DNA of 64,000 bases from the IMG/VR virus record IMGVR_UViG_3300027628_000015. One strand, given 5' to 3'. This DNA comes from an uncultured virus (IMG/VR IMGVR_UViG_3300027628_000015) (Duplodnaviria > Heunggongvirae > Uroviricota > Caudoviricetes > Herelleviridae). The translations under genes and the position numbers were made by a program. Positions 1-9,210 of the stretch are shown here, piece by piece; positions within the stretch are counted from its first letter, which is position 1, and each line of letters opens with the position of its first letter. Below the pieces are notes generated by a model. It was not told the DNA's origin, did no database searches, and saw only the letters and a list, made by a program, of their open reading frames with translations.

Positions 1-120
1 AGGCTATGAGTTACAGAGAAGTTAGAGGCTTGGGAGGGCTTGTAACAATCTGACAGCTACTACTTTACTAATCTGATCTTTGGGAGGAGAGACGATTAAG
101 AAAGGAGGAGTACAAGTATA

Positions 121-360
121 ATGGATTATAGTAAGTTAACCGATGAAGAGCTTTTACATAATTTTTCAGTACTGCATGACATAGAAGCTAATGAGGAATG
201 GTTCAGACGATATGGTATCAATTTACCTTACCGTTTAGATGTATTTGGGAGAATACTAAACTGTATCTCATTACAGATCATGCCAGAGAAAATGTGTGAC
301 AAGCTTATCAGAGAACAGGCAAATGAAGTTCGTACGCAAAGACAGCTAGGTAGGGAATAA
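121..360 (+). CDS. hypothetical protein
   Basis: 79-aa ORF with strong RBS AAAGGAGG upstream. Confidence 0.8.
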   Translation: MDYSKLTDEELLHNFSVLHDIEANEEWFRRYGINLPYRLDVFGRILNCISLQIMPEKMCDKLIREQANEVRTQRQLGRE

Positions 361-374
361 AGGAGACCTAGCAA

Positions 375-608
375 ATGGCAGAAAGAATATACACTTTCCG
401 TATTAAATTAAAAGAAGCGTTAGAAGAAGCAAACATGACTCAAAGTGAGCTTGCTGAATTAACTGGTTTACGTAGGGCAACTATCTCAGAGATAGCTCAG
501 AACTCTCGTACCGTTATGAATAAGTCTCATTTAGGTAAGATCATGGATGCACTTGACCTTACAGATATGAATGACATCTTAGAGTTAGTTATAGAAGAAA
601 CATTGTAG
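375..608 (+). CDS. XRE/Cro-family HTH transcriptional regulator
   Basis: LKEALEEANMTQSELAELTGLRRATISEI HTH signature; RBS AAGGAG. Confidence 0.85.
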   Translation: MAERIYTFRIKLKEALEEANMTQSELAELTGLRRATISEIAQNSRTVMNKSHLGKIMDALDLTDMNDILELVIEETL

Positions 609-626
609 CCAAAGGGAGGGGAGACA

Positions 627-896
627 ATGGCTGAAGATTTACGATTGTTAGCTGCTGAAGCAAACGAGGAAATGCTATTTGCAGACGGTTTTGACGATGC
701 AATTGTAGGGTACATAGAGAAAGCGTGTAGCGTTCCAGTTGCGTTGTATGATACAGGCTTATGTATTGCAATTCTAATGGAGGAAGGCATGACCGAAGAA
801 GACGCATATGATCATTTCTACTACAATGTAGTGGGGTCTTATGTGGGAGATAACACTCCAGTATTCGGTACCTTCTTTAAAGAGGAGGATAAGTAA
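627..896 (+). CDS. conserved phage hypothetical protein
   Basis: ORF with RBS GGGAGGGG; ADGFDDAIVG...YNVVGSYVGxxTP motif typical of phage proteins. Confidence 0.75.
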   Translation: MAEDLRLLAAEANEEMLFADGFDDAIVGYIEKACSVPVALYDTGLCIAILMEEGMTEEDAYDHFYYNVVGSYVGDNTPVFGTFFKEEDK

Positions 897-899
897 GCT

Positions 900-1148
900 A
901 TGGAACTCGTCATACTCGAACTAGAAGAACAGCTACGATACGCAGAAGGTGGGGACCCTGAGTATGCTGAGCAGCTTAGACAGGCAATCAAAAAATTAAA
1001 GGAATCTGAGGAGGATAATCAAATGGAAAAATGCCCGAACTGTAACACGTACCTAGTAGGCTGCCCTTGTTGTAGTGAATCGTTTTGTCCTGATTGTTAT
1101 GCCACCGAAACAGAGCTAGAAGAAGCGGAGGAAGAAGACAATGAATGA
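900..1148 (+). CDS. small acidic Cys-rich (zinc-finger-like) protein
   Basis: CPNC...CPCC...CPDC; RBS GAGGAGG. Confidence 0.7.
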   Translation: MELVILELEEQLRYAEGGDPEYAEQLRQAIKKLKESEEDNQMEKCPNCNTYLVGCPCCSESFCPDCYATETELEEAEEEDNE

Positions 1149-1398
1149 TTTCTCATTAACAGGCTTACAAGCACTTGCACAACAGTATAAAGACTTAGAA
1201 GTGGACTACCTTATTCTCACAATTGTAGGAGCTACTAAGTACCCGGAGATTATTATTAATCCCCGAGCTAATATTCAGGAGAAAATTGGGTACATATCTC
1301 ATTCGTATAATGAGGACCTTTCGTTAAAGGCTGCACCTCATATTAAGATTGCTAAGTACGAATTTGTAACTGCTGCACAGCTGAGAGATTATTTTTAA
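1141..1398 (+). CDS. hypothetical protein
   Basis: ORF overlapping previous stop, RBS-like GGAGG upstream. Confidence 0.75.
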   Translation: MNDFSLTGLQALAQQYKDLEVDYLILTIVGATKYPEIIINPRANIQEKIGYISHSYNEDLSLKAAPHIKIAKYEFVTAAQLRDYF

Positions 1399-1438
1399 TC
1401 TCCGGCTTTTCTTTTTGCCTCTATAAAGTTACCAATCC

Positions 1439-1447
1439 GCTATATTA
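1439..1447 (+). promoter_or_regulatory. putative late promoter (CTATATTA motif)
   Basis: same motif precedes portal, protease, capsid and tail genes. Confidence 0.6.
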
Positions 1448-1482
1448 TAGCAAGAATACATAAATGATTGGAGGCAAATAAT

Positions 1483-3168
1483 ATGACAAATATTCGTGAC
1501 AACATATACGGCAGCCTTTCAGACCCTCATGAAAAGATTGAGGAATTAGAGGCACAGCTGACAAGTATGTTAGACAAGATTAAAGGCGATCTTGGGACCG
1601 TTTCAAACTTTGAAGCGGAGGGCGCTGATTTAGTCGAAAAAGTTAGGAATGAATTTAATAAAAGAGCATTTAACATCTCTAAATGGGAGTCACTTAAAGT
1701 AGCTGTTTCAGGTGGGTATGATTGGTCCCCGGTTTTCCAAGCTGCTTTTAAGTACATTATGGAGCGTGGCGGAGGGTGTTTATTACTTCCAGATAATAAT
1801 TATACACTTTATGCAGATGTTTATACACACCCTTCTAACCTAAACCCTGCGTTTGTTAACTCTCCGTTAACAATTAAAGGTGTAACACCTGTTACAGCTA
1901 CCCTATACAACACGGTTAAGACTTCTGCTCGTATCATTAAGAAGCAAAACGGAGTTGCATTTGGTGTTAACTACAATGAGACAACATCTGCTGTTCTTAC
2001 AGGTACAGGAGTATACAGAAACCTATATGTGAAAAACTTAGACTTCTATGGTGGAGGTACTTACGACTCTAAATATACAAAAGTAATGAAGACAGTTAAT
2101 GCAGTAAAAGGTATCGAAAAACATAACTCTGCAATCAACATAGAAGATTGCCATTTTTGGGCTATGGATTGGGGAGTATATGACCCTGAAACGGTAAATT
2201 CAGTGGACAACTATTGCGATCAGTCTACGTACCGTAGATTAGGCTTTGACAGCATGGGTACAGGATGGATTCAAGCTTACCGTTCTGATTCTTCTATTTT
2301 CGAGGGTATTTACGGTTACGATATGGCTATGTCTTGTCAATATGGTATCCGAGTTAAGAAAGGTGAAGCATTTAACATCAAAGGCGTATTATGTGCTGGT
2401 AAAGCTATGCACCTTGCCCCTAACTTTAAAATGGTAAGCATGGAGTACTGTAACGTTGTTACGCTTGAAGATACGTACATGGAACGTATCGAGGGTACAG
2501 GTATCTTCTTAGATAATAACAAAAACATTACTATTAAAGATATAGGCGTAAGACATTATGGTAGAACATACATTAAAGGTACAAACAACCGTAATGTTAA
2601 AATCGTTGGTCTATATGCCCATGTTGAAGAGGGTAAAATACTTTCATCAAGTGATATAGGCGATTACACAACTTACTCTACTTCTACATTGCCTGTTGAG
2701 CTGGACTTTGACTCTACAAACATTAACATACGTTATGAGAACACATTCTTTAGAAACGGTGTTCACAGCGGCGGAACGTTTACGGAGACAACAGCTCGTT
2801 TAACTCCTAGACTGAACACTGCATCAAAAGCAATGTATCAGATTGGAGATCAGTACGTATTTGATGTAATCTACGATGGCTCTAAGTTCGTAGTAAATGC
2901 AGGCGGAGCACAGATTCCTTTCGGCTCTCTATTCGCTTCTGCTAACCCTACATTCAATACGTCAACAGGAGAGCTAACATTCCCTGTAGATGGAGCTCTT
3001 GAACACATCCAAGCAGCTCACGTTTCAGGAAGACGTTCAGCTTCTGGAGTTATTAACCAAGCATTTAAAATCAGTACTGCTCCACTAGTAGTTAGAGTAT
3101 ACGATACAACAATGACTTTAATTACTAACCCGACTGATGTAGCATTCTCTGTTACGCTTCACATTTAA
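1483..3168 (+). CDS. right-handed beta-helix (pectin-lyase-like) tailspike/depolymerase
   Basis: YDWSPVFQAAF...GGGCLLLP cap motif, repeated beta-helix strands rich in N/G/I; ATG 1483 follows GGAGG. Confidence 0.7.
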   Translation: MTNIRDNIYGSLSDPHEKIEELEAQLTSMLDKIKGDLGTVSNFEAEGADLVEKVRNEFNKRAFNISKWESLKVAVSGGYDWSPVFQAAFKYIMERGGGCLLLPDNNYTLYADVYTHPSNLNPAFVNSPLTIKGVTPVTATLYNTVKTSARIIKKQNGVAFGVNYNETTSAVLTGTGVYRNLYVKNLDFYGGGTYDSKYTKVMKTVNAVKGIEKHNSAINIEDCHFWAMDWGVYDPETVNSVDNYCDQSTYRRLGFDSMGTGWIQAYRSDSSIFEGIYGYDMAMSCQYGIRVKKGEAFNIKGVLCAGKAMHLAPNFKMVSMEYCNVVTLEDTYMERIEGTGIFLDNNKNITIKDIGVRHYGRTYIKGTNNRNVKIVGLYAHVEEGKILSSSDIGDYTTYSTSTLPVELDFDSTNINIRYENTFFRNGVHSGGTFTETTARLTPRLNTASKAMYQIGDQYVFDVIYDGSKFVVNAGGAQIPFGSLFASANPTFNTSTGELTFPVDGALEHIQAAHVSGRRSASGVINQAFKISTAPLVVRVYDTTMTLITNPTDVAFSVTLHI

Positions 3169-3170
3169 TA

Positions 3171-3197
3171 GGACATCCTCCGGGATGTCTTTTTTTT
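3171..3197 (+). terminator. intrinsic terminator
   Basis: GGACATCC-TCC-GGGATGTCT followed by T-run. Confidence 0.85.
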
Positions 3198-3498
3198 GTC
3201 TTTTTGTCTTTTTGTCCTATTTTCAGAGGGTTCAAGAAAGTAAAAAAGTAACAAACTAGTGTATACTAGAAGTATAGAGTAAATAGCCTGTAGGGTATAT
3301 TTCTTAAACGACCCTTTTTTGTTTAAGATTTCCAGTAGTATCTTGTCGAACAAACACTAACAGTTTAGTGGAGTTTTCGGCTAAATTTAAGAAATATTCA
3401 AAATATGATGAACGATTTACTATATTAGAGAAAAGCCCCAAAATAAGCGGCTTACAGCCGTTCAAGAAATAAACCAGTTTGAAAGGATTGAATATAAA

Positions 3499-4230
3499 AT
3501 GGCAGATAAAAAAGATATGAAAAAGAAGAATATCAGTTCCAGCTCAGTACTCGTACAACTATACAATAACCGTAAGCTAGCTACCAAAGTAGATAACATG
3601 TTAGATGAGGGACAAACGTACGACTATATTATTGAGTTCTGTAAAGAGAATGGCTTAAGTATCTCTAAAGCTTCCCTTACTAATTATAAAAAGAAACGTG
3701 AAGAAGCTATTGAGACAGGTAAGCCATTGTTACAGCTACTTGACAAACGTGCTAAAGACAATGTAACATACATTACACATAAAGAAGTAGACGCATTTAA
3801 AAAGAAAAAGAGTGCAGATACAGAAGACAGTGAGCACGTTGCACAGGTACATAGCTTAGATAAGATCGGCAATATCTATAATGACTTAGAATTTCTAGAT
3901 GAGATTATCGCTAAGAGTGCTCGAGGTCTGAAAGAGTTCCCTGTAGTTGATACACCGCTCGGAATGAAAGCGATCGAGCTTAAAGCTAAGATTACAGGTA
4001 ACCAATTAAACGGTTTATCAGTTGCTGGTCTTAGAGAGATTAAGCTTCGTCAACAGGCTAGAGAGTCTGCATTAATGGAAGTTATTATGAAGTTCGTACC
4101 TGAAGACAAGCATGACGAGCTATTTGAATTTATGGATGAAGCAGAGCAAAGCTTCTATGAAAATCTTGATTTAACTGAAGAAGATAAACGAATTACGTCC
4201 GCATTAAAACAAAGCGGAATTGACATGTAA
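3499..4230 (+). CDS. conserved phage protein with N-terminal HTH (DUF3486/Mu gp27-like pattern)
   Basis: VDNMLDEGQTYDYIIEFCKENGLSISKASLTNY; late-promoter motif at about 3419-3427. Confidence 0.6.
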   Translation: MADKKDMKKKNISSSSVLVQLYNNRKLATKVDNMLDEGQTYDYIIEFCKENGLSISKASLTNYKKKREEAIETGKPLLQLLDKRAKDNVTYITHKEVDAFKKKKSADTEDSEHVAQVHSLDKIGNIYNDLEFLDEIIAKSARGLKEFPVVDTPLGMKAIELKAKITGNQLNGLSVAGLREIKLRQQARESALMEVIMKFVPEDKHDELFEFMDEAEQSFYENLDLTEEDKRITSALKQSGIDM

Positions 4231-4245
4231 AGGAGAGACACAAAA

Positions 4246-4722
4246 ATGGCTATTGTAGACTCTACACAGTATACACTCATTCCGTTTGTATCTTATAAGA
4301 CATTAAATGATAAGATACAGGCGCTATTGAATGGAGAAATTTTATTCATTAAGAAGTTTGAAAAGAATGAGGGCGCAGATGTATTAGCCCGGCTGGAGCA
4401 AAAGAAGTTTACTGTCTCTCAGATTTCATATGATATCAGTGTAAATGATTCGGACCCTCGATACTGGGTTACATTTAATCTAGGTCTGAATGATCTTTCC
4501 TTATTTACATGCTACAGATTCTCAGAAGATGTATTCGGTAAAGAGCATAAGTATATGATTAACGATGTGGTTAGTTATATAAGTGAAGACGGGCGTACAG
4601 ATACAGCGATTGTAGAGGAAGTGTATCAGCATAATATAGACCCGGATAAGTTTGCTTATAGACTGTCACGGGATGAAGGTTTATACGTTGAAGAAGAGTT
4701 AATTAAAAACGTTTATATGTAA
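4246..4722 (+). CDS. hypothetical protein
   Basis: 158-aa ORF, RBS AAAGGAGAG. Confidence 0.8.
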   Translation: MAIVDSTQYTLIPFVSYKTLNDKIQALLNGEILFIKKFEKNEGADVLARLEQKKFTVSQISYDISVNDSDPRYWVTFNLGLNDLSLFTCYRFSEDVFGKEHKYMINDVVSYISEDGRTDTAIVEEVYQHNIDPDKFAYRLSRDEGLYVEEELIKNVYM

Positions 4723-4725
4723 GAG

Positions 4726-4758
4726 ATACAGGGTCTAATAAACCCTGTATTTTTTTTT
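4726..4758 (+). terminator. intrinsic terminator
   Basis: GATACAGGGT...ACCCTGTATT plus T-run. Confidence 0.85.
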
Positions 4759-4769
4759 GCAAAAAGTTG

Positions 4770-4798
4770 TTGACTTTCGGACAATCCCGGTGTATGAT
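4770..4798 (+). promoter_or_regulatory. sigmaA-type early promoter
   Basis: TTGACT-17-TATGAT. Confidence 0.8.
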
Positions 4799-4899
4799 AG
4801 GTTTATAGAAAGTTACAGCAAGAACTTACATAAGATACAGGCTTTGACATTTGGGAGGATGACCTAGCCTACACTATTATCAAATGGGAGGAAAAGAAG

Positions 4900-5238
4900 A
4901 TGAAGAATGATATTAACGTTACAATGGAGCAAGTTCATAAATTAGCAGGTCGTTGGGTACGGCTGCATCGAATGGCAACACAGTCTATGAAGCAAGAAGA
5001 CGAGCAAAAGTGGAAGCTAAGCTACGGTAAGTTAAGTGAATTGCAACACGCTATTAATATAATTGACCGAGACCTATACGTAACTGTTAAAAGTAAAGTT
5101 CATACTAGCTTAGTAAAAGAGTATGGCTCTGAGGAAAACTTTAAAGAAATGAATAAGAAGTGGGACCAGTGGAGACAGAAGCTTACCCATAAAGAATGGA
5201 GAAAAAGCATAGGTCTTCCAGAGGAGGCGGAGAGATGA
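4900..5238 (+). CDS. hypothetical protein (paralog of next gene)
   Basis: RBS GGGAGG; shares GSEE.(F/Y)KE.NK.W..W motif with 5235..5540. Confidence 0.8.
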   Translation: MKNDINVTMEQVHKLAGRWVRLHRMATQSMKQEDEQKWKLSYGKLSELQHAINIIDRDLYVTVKSKVHTSLVKEYGSEENFKEMNKKWDQWRQKLTHKEWRKSIGLPEEAER

Positions 5239-5540
5239 TGAACTTCGAATTAACTGATAGGCAAATTAAACTTATTGTAGATCAGCAAGTAATGTGGTCG
5301 CTAGCAGCTTCGGAGGCTATAGCCAAAAAGGATGAGCACCAATGGGACATGTGCATTAAAAGCATGCAAGCTATTCGATTCACTATGCATTGTGTAAGTG
5401 AAGAATTAGAAGAGCATGTACGCCAAAAGGTCCGCCAACGTTTAGTAGAAATCGATGGCTCTGAAGAAGAGTATAAAGAGAATAATAAAATATGGCATGA
5501 ATGGCAAAGAGAACTTCGGAAAAGAAGGGGCGGAAAATAA
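5235..5540 (+). CDS. hypothetical protein (paralog of previous gene)
   Basis: ATGA overlap, RBS GAGGAGG. Confidence 0.8.
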   Translation: MMNFELTDRQIKLIVDQQVMWSLAASEAIAKKDEHQWDMCIKSMQAIRFTMHCVSEELEEHVRQKVRQRLVEIDGSEEEYKENNKIWHEWQRELRKRRGGK

Positions 5541-5541
5541 A

Positions 5542-5871
5542 ATGACTATATATGACCCTCGGGTAGAAGGCAAAGCACACCATATCTGTCACATGATTGG
5601 GGAAGAAACAGGTAAGCCAGCTTCAGATAAGCTTCGTTCAGACGTTTTTCTTACAACTCGAGCAGTAGCCGCTTATTGGAAAGACCCTCGAGATATCGAA
5701 TTAGCTAAGAAAGCTGAATACAAGCTCCATGAACTACTCGAAGGTATACGTAGACTCAAGCCTAACACTAATGAAGAGATTAATATGATCATCTCATTAG
5801 TAATGGAAGGAGAAAGCATTAGAAACATCATACCATTTGATTCACCATATAGAGAGGAGAAGATCGGATAA
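5542..5871 (+). CDS. hypothetical protein
   Basis: start MTIYDP directly after previous stop. Confidence 0.7.
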   Translation: MTIYDPRVEGKAHHICHMIGEETGKPASDKLRSDVFLTTRAVAAYWKDPRDIELAKKAEYKLHELLEGIRRLKPNTNEEINMIISLVMEGESIRNIIPFDSPYREEKIG

Positions 5872-6074
5872 TGGGATACGAAAAAGGTTCATTAATATAC
5901 TACAATGAAAAGTTTTGGTTGTTTGAGGGTTACTCTAGTAATAAGGAACACTATGCAACCTATAAGCTACGAGGTTTAGGTGGAGAGCTAGTAGAAGCGT
6001 TAGCGAGTGAGTGTGAGTACCTTGTAAGTCCAAGCGAAGTAAAATTTATTCGAGAGTCTGAGGAGGAAAATTAA
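5871..6074 (+). CDS. hypothetical protein
   Basis: coupled ORF, RBS GAGGAG. Confidence 0.75.
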   Translation: MGYEKGSLIYYNEKFWLFEGYSSNKEHYATYKLRGLGGELVEALASECEYLVSPSEVKFIRESEEEN

Positions 6075-6075
6075 A

Positions 6076-6420
6076 ATGAGTGAACTGAAAAAGGACTACT
6101 TCCCTAATAGTATGGGCGATCTTGCAACATTTATGGATAAAGCCAGAGCACATGCAACAGATTATAATACAGGAGCTGAGGCATTATCTAGCGCTACGGT
6201 TGCTTTCTTCAATTACTTTGCTAGTGAGCTAGGCGTTACCGGCTTTCAAGCTAGCTGCGCTCAGCTTCAGTTTATCGGAACATTAAGACGTATGGAAAGC
6301 TTTATTATTGTTAATGCAGATAACCTTAAGTGGAATACTCGAGAAGAAATATTAGCTAAAGCGGATAAGTTCTTAAAGGACTTTGAAGAGCACAATAAGA
6401 AAAAGGAGGACGAAAAGTAA
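6076..6420 (+). CDS. hypothetical protein
   Basis: RBS GAGGAGG. Confidence 0.8.
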   Translation: MSELKKDYFPNSMGDLATFMDKARAHATDYNTGAEALSSATVAFFNYFASELGVTGFQASCAQLQFIGTLRRMESFIIVNADNLKWNTREEILAKADKFLKDFEEHNKKKEDEK

Positions 6421-6674
6421 TGGAATTATATGTAGTATGTCATAATGAATCTCTTATTGACGAGGGAGATGTTACTTACCCTATAGCGGTGTTTGATAGC
6501 TACGACAAGGTAGAGGCGCTTGCCGGAGCTATAGGGTACCCTAAGTATAGAGAAGATACTGAAGAGTTCAGACCTGCCGAAGAGGATTGGTTCAAGGGTC
6601 GTAAGCTGTATGGACAGTTCTTAACTGTAAATAAATTAACATTAAATAGGGCGGATTTAACCGATGAAGTATAA
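6420..6674 (+). CDS. hypothetical protein
   Basis: coupled ORF, RBS GGAGG. Confidence 0.75.
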   Translation: MELYVVCHNESLIDEGDVTYPIAVFDSYDKVEALAGAIGYPKYREDTEEFRPAEEDWFKGRKLYGQFLTVNKLTLNRADLTDEV

Positions 6675-6915
6675 TGAAGCTAAAAAGGCTATCCAGCAGT
6701 TACATGCTGCTGGGTGGCAAAAACATAGACCCGGATTCCCTTTTTACCATAAGAAATGGAAGTTAGGTATGCTGGACTACAATCAGTTACTTTCATTTGA
6801 TGAGATTATATATTCTGCTTTTGAAATAGATTGGATTCTTCAGAAGTATGAAGAGAAGGCGGAGCATAATTTAAGGCAGGCAATGTCTATATATTCAACG
6901 GGAGGGGAAATATAA
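6664..6915 (+). CDS. hypothetical protein
   Basis: ORF within operon. Confidence 0.7.
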   Translation: MKYNEAKKAIQQLHAAGWQKHRPGFPFYHKKWKLGMLDYNQLLSFDEIIYSAFEIDWILQKYEEKAEHNLRQAMSIYSTGGEI

Positions 6916-7208
6916 TGCAATCAGCTTTTATTGCACTACAACCTAATGGACTCTACTGCCGTTTTTCTCCTATAGTAGAGTGTCTTACACATATCAACAT
7001 GACCAAAGAAGATTACTTAAACAACTTTACAGGAACTGTAAAAGATCGTAAAGAGGCGGAAGCTACATTATTATACGAGGTACGCCCGTTCTCAGAAGTA
7101 AGCAGACTTACTACTACACAGAACATGACCAAGGCGGAGTTTAGACGTGTATTCACTCACGTTATTCTTCCGCAAAATAGTATATTCGTATTTAAGTTGG
7201 CACTTTAA
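6915..7208 (+). CDS. hypothetical protein
   Basis: RBS GGAGGGG; QPNGLYCRFS motif. Confidence 0.8.
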   Translation: MQSAFIALQPNGLYCRFSPIVECLTHINMTKEDYLNNFTGTVKDRKEAEATLLYEVRPFSEVSRLTTTQNMTKAEFRRVFTHVILPQNSIFVFKLAL

Positions 7209-7222
7209 GGGAGGAACAATCA

Positions 7223-7408
7223 ATGGAAAGTAGAAAAGAAAAGCACACTCAGAGAAAGAAGAATAACAACGTACTAATGATTAACATTCTGCTGCTACTA
7301 TTCTTCACGATCATTATTTATTTACTTGGGTATAGCCAAGGCAAAGCTTCATCAAATGCTCAAGGTGTGGAGACAGGTGTGCAGACTGTTTCTGTAATAG
7401 AAGAATAA
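7223..7408 (+). CDS. small membrane protein
   Basis: basic N-terminus plus one hydrophobic helix; RBS GGGAGG. Confidence 0.75.
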   Translation: MESRKEKHTQRKKNNNVLMINILLLLFFTIIIYLLGYSQGKASSNAQGVETGVQTVSVIEE

Positions 7409-7525
7409 AAAAAAGGTATCGGCAGAGAGTCCGATACCTTCCTATTACAGATAATAGGATAACAGGGCACAAAATTTGAATAAGGAAGAGAACACAGCCT
7501 CTTGAACTCCGTTGAGGGAGAACAT
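7408..7525 (-). ncRNA. candidate small RNA with pyrimidine-rich anti-SD motifs
   Basis: minus-strand TTGACA (7559-7554) and TG-n-TAAGCT (7535-7530); minus-strand terminator 7407-7440. Confidence 0.45.
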
Positions 7526-7586
7526 CCTTAGCTTAACATATGTATCAAATACCTGTCAATAGAACAAAAAGTTTATAAAAAAAGTC

Positions 7587-7615
7587 TTGACGTATATAGG
7601 AAATGCTGGTATATT
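7587..7615 (+). promoter_or_regulatory. sigmaA-type early promoter (divergent from the minus-strand promoter)
   Basis: TTGACG-17-TATATT. Confidence 0.75.
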
Positions 7616-7654
7616 TAAACTATAAAATACAGACACAATAAAGGAGAGGTTACA

Positions 7655-7879
7655 ATGGCAAAAGCATTCTCTTGGGATTCAGAACAATTACTAGATACAA
7701 TCGAGGAAACTGAAAAGAAACATCATGACGTAAGCATCTGTACGCTACGTGATAAGGAATATGTATCGATCGCTGAAAAGCAAATGACAAACGAAGGATG
7801 GAAGTTTAAAAAGAATCGTACAATGCCTTTAGATGTATTCAAAGCAGCACAAGGTATTGTGGAAGGAGCAGGCAAATGA
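7655..7879 (+). CDS. small protein, possible PC4/YdbC-like ssDNA-binding fold
   Basis: VSI...KEYVSIAE...EGWK pattern; RBS AAAGGAGAGG. Confidence 0.55.
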   Translation: MAKAFSWDSEQLLDTIEETEKKHHDVSICTLRDKEYVSIAEKQMTNEGWKFKKNRTMPLDVFKAAQGIVEGAGK

Positions 7880-8100
7880 AGAATGGGGACGTAATTGTAA
7901 ATATTCCGGGTCGCTTAACAGTGACCTATAAGGCTCATATTGCAGGTTATGTAGATACTTATATCTTTAAGGAAACTGTGGACGGTGGGAGCTACGATAC
8001 ACAGTTTACAGGAACTACAGGGGAACTATTTAAGTTTGTTACAAAGCATATTCAGGGACATAACGATCATGCTAAAATATTCGGTGGTACAATTTACTAA
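7876..8100 (+). CDS. hypothetical protein
   Basis: ATGA overlap, RBS AAGGAG. Confidence 0.75.
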   Translation: MKNGDVIVNIPGRLTVTYKAHIAGYVDTYIFKETVDGGSYDTQFTGTTGELFKFVTKHIQGHNDHAKIFGGTIY

Positions 8101-8116
8101 AATTTTTAAAAAGGGG

Positions 8117-8146
8117 TTGACTTAATGTCAACCTCTATGGTAAACT
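8117..8146 (+). promoter_or_regulatory. early promoter with TTGA-N7-TCAA palindrome
   Basis: GGGGTTGACTTAATGTCAACCTC...TGGTAAACT. Confidence 0.75.
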
Positions 8147-8169
8147 TAACCTAACAAAATAAGAGGAGG

Positions 8170-8451
8170 ATGGAAACTATGAACCGAGAACAAGGTAAAA
8201 GCAAAATTGAGCAGTTAATTGAAGAACAAGCGGAAGCTGCACGTCAAGAACGTATGAAGGAGATTAAAGCGGAGCCAGAAGTTCCAGCTCCATTATCTGA
8301 TCTAATGAATTTAAGCACCGATGAGCTGCTAGATGTATACAATGACTATATGTCAATGCATAAAGAGTTGGGTGATGAAGATTACAAACATTATGCTCAA
8401 ATGGTTATAGGTATTTTAAAAGCAAAAACTAAGAATAAGGCAAGCCGGTAA
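8170..8451 (+). CDS. hypothetical protein
   Basis: ORF after promoter, RBS GAGGAGG (start may be 8179). Confidence 0.75.
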   Translation: METMNREQGKSKIEQLIEEQAEAARQERMKEIKAEPEVPAPLSDLMNLSTDELLDVYNDYMSMHKELGDEDYKHYAQMVIGILKAKTKNKASR

Positions 8452-8485
8452 TCTAATACACTCTCACTATAAGGAGGAAAAGGCA

Positions 8486-8644
8486 GTGACAGTAGAGGAT
8501 TTAATTAAAAAGTTACAGGAGATTGAAGATAAGACTAAAGAAGTTTGTTACGATGATGAGGAGTGGGGTCGGCGCAAAGTAGATGATGTAGTTATCGATC
8601 TCAGTTTTCATGATGAACCTGTTATGTTAAAAAACTTTTGGTAG
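8486..8644 (+). CDS. small hypothetical protein (52 aa, not in ORF track)
   Basis: GTG start after AAGGAGG; MTVEDLIKKLQEI... Confidence 0.7.
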   Translation: MTVEDLIKKLQEIEDKTKEVCYDDEEWGRRKVDDVVIDLSFHDEPVMLKNFW

Positions 8645-8655
8645 GAGGAAGCACA

Positions 8656-8826
8656 GTGGCTAAATGGAAAGGTAAAGAAGTATCTAGTAAACGATTATTC
8701 GATCTAAAGGAGGCAGCCGCAAGACGTAAGCAGATAGTTAGACCTGTTGGAGATGTTCAGTTCTATATGGACGGTAAGCTTATTGCAAATGGTAGCTCAT
8801 TAAAATATGTAACTATTGAAAAATAA
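8656..8826 (+). CDS. small hypothetical protein
   Basis: GTG start after AGGAGG. Confidence 0.65.
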   Translation: MAKWKGKEVSSKRLFDLKEAAARRKQIVRPVGDVQFYMDGKLIANGSSLKYVTIEK

Positions 8827-8847
8827 ATGTTATAGCCTTGAAGGGAG

Positions 8848-9117
8848 GTGAAACCAATGCGTTACGAAGCAGTAAGAGCTATTTTCATTATCGCTACAGT
8901 TAGTGGAGTGTTAATACTGGCTATATTATTCGGTCCTATCGGCTTAGTATTCGGTATACTTTGTGCAATAGCTGGTATTTATGGATGGGTAGATAAAGGT
9001 AGAGAAATGGAGGAAGAAGAGACTCAGCAGTATGAAGCTGAGCAAGAACGTATCAGACAGTTAGAAGAAGAGAATAAAAAGCTCCGCAAAGAGAAATACG
9101 GAGATAAATATAAATAA
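8848..9117 (+). CDS. two-TM membrane protein with coiled-coil tail
   Basis: two hydrophobic segments; RBS AGGGAGG. Confidence 0.75.
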   Translation: MKPMRYEAVRAIFIIATVSGVLILAILFGPIGLVFGILCAIAGIYGWVDKGREMEEEETQQYEAEQERIRQLEEENKKLRKEKYGDKYK

Positions 9118-9137
9118 TATTTTTTTTTAAAACTGTA

Positions 9138-9166
9138 TTGACTTTAAAGCAACAAAATGTTATTCT
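9138..9166 (+). promoter_or_regulatory. early promoter
   Basis: TTGACT-17-TATTCT with extended TG. Confidence 0.75.
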
Positions 9167-9210
9167 GTACATAGGAAGTAGGTTACAGAATAACTAAGGA
9201 GGTACATTAA

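Noticed and set aside
3344..3350. Spo0A box TGTCGAA (also TTCGACA at 23585-23591)
   Set aside because: A 7-mer is expected several times by chance in 64 kb, and neither overlaps a clear promoter
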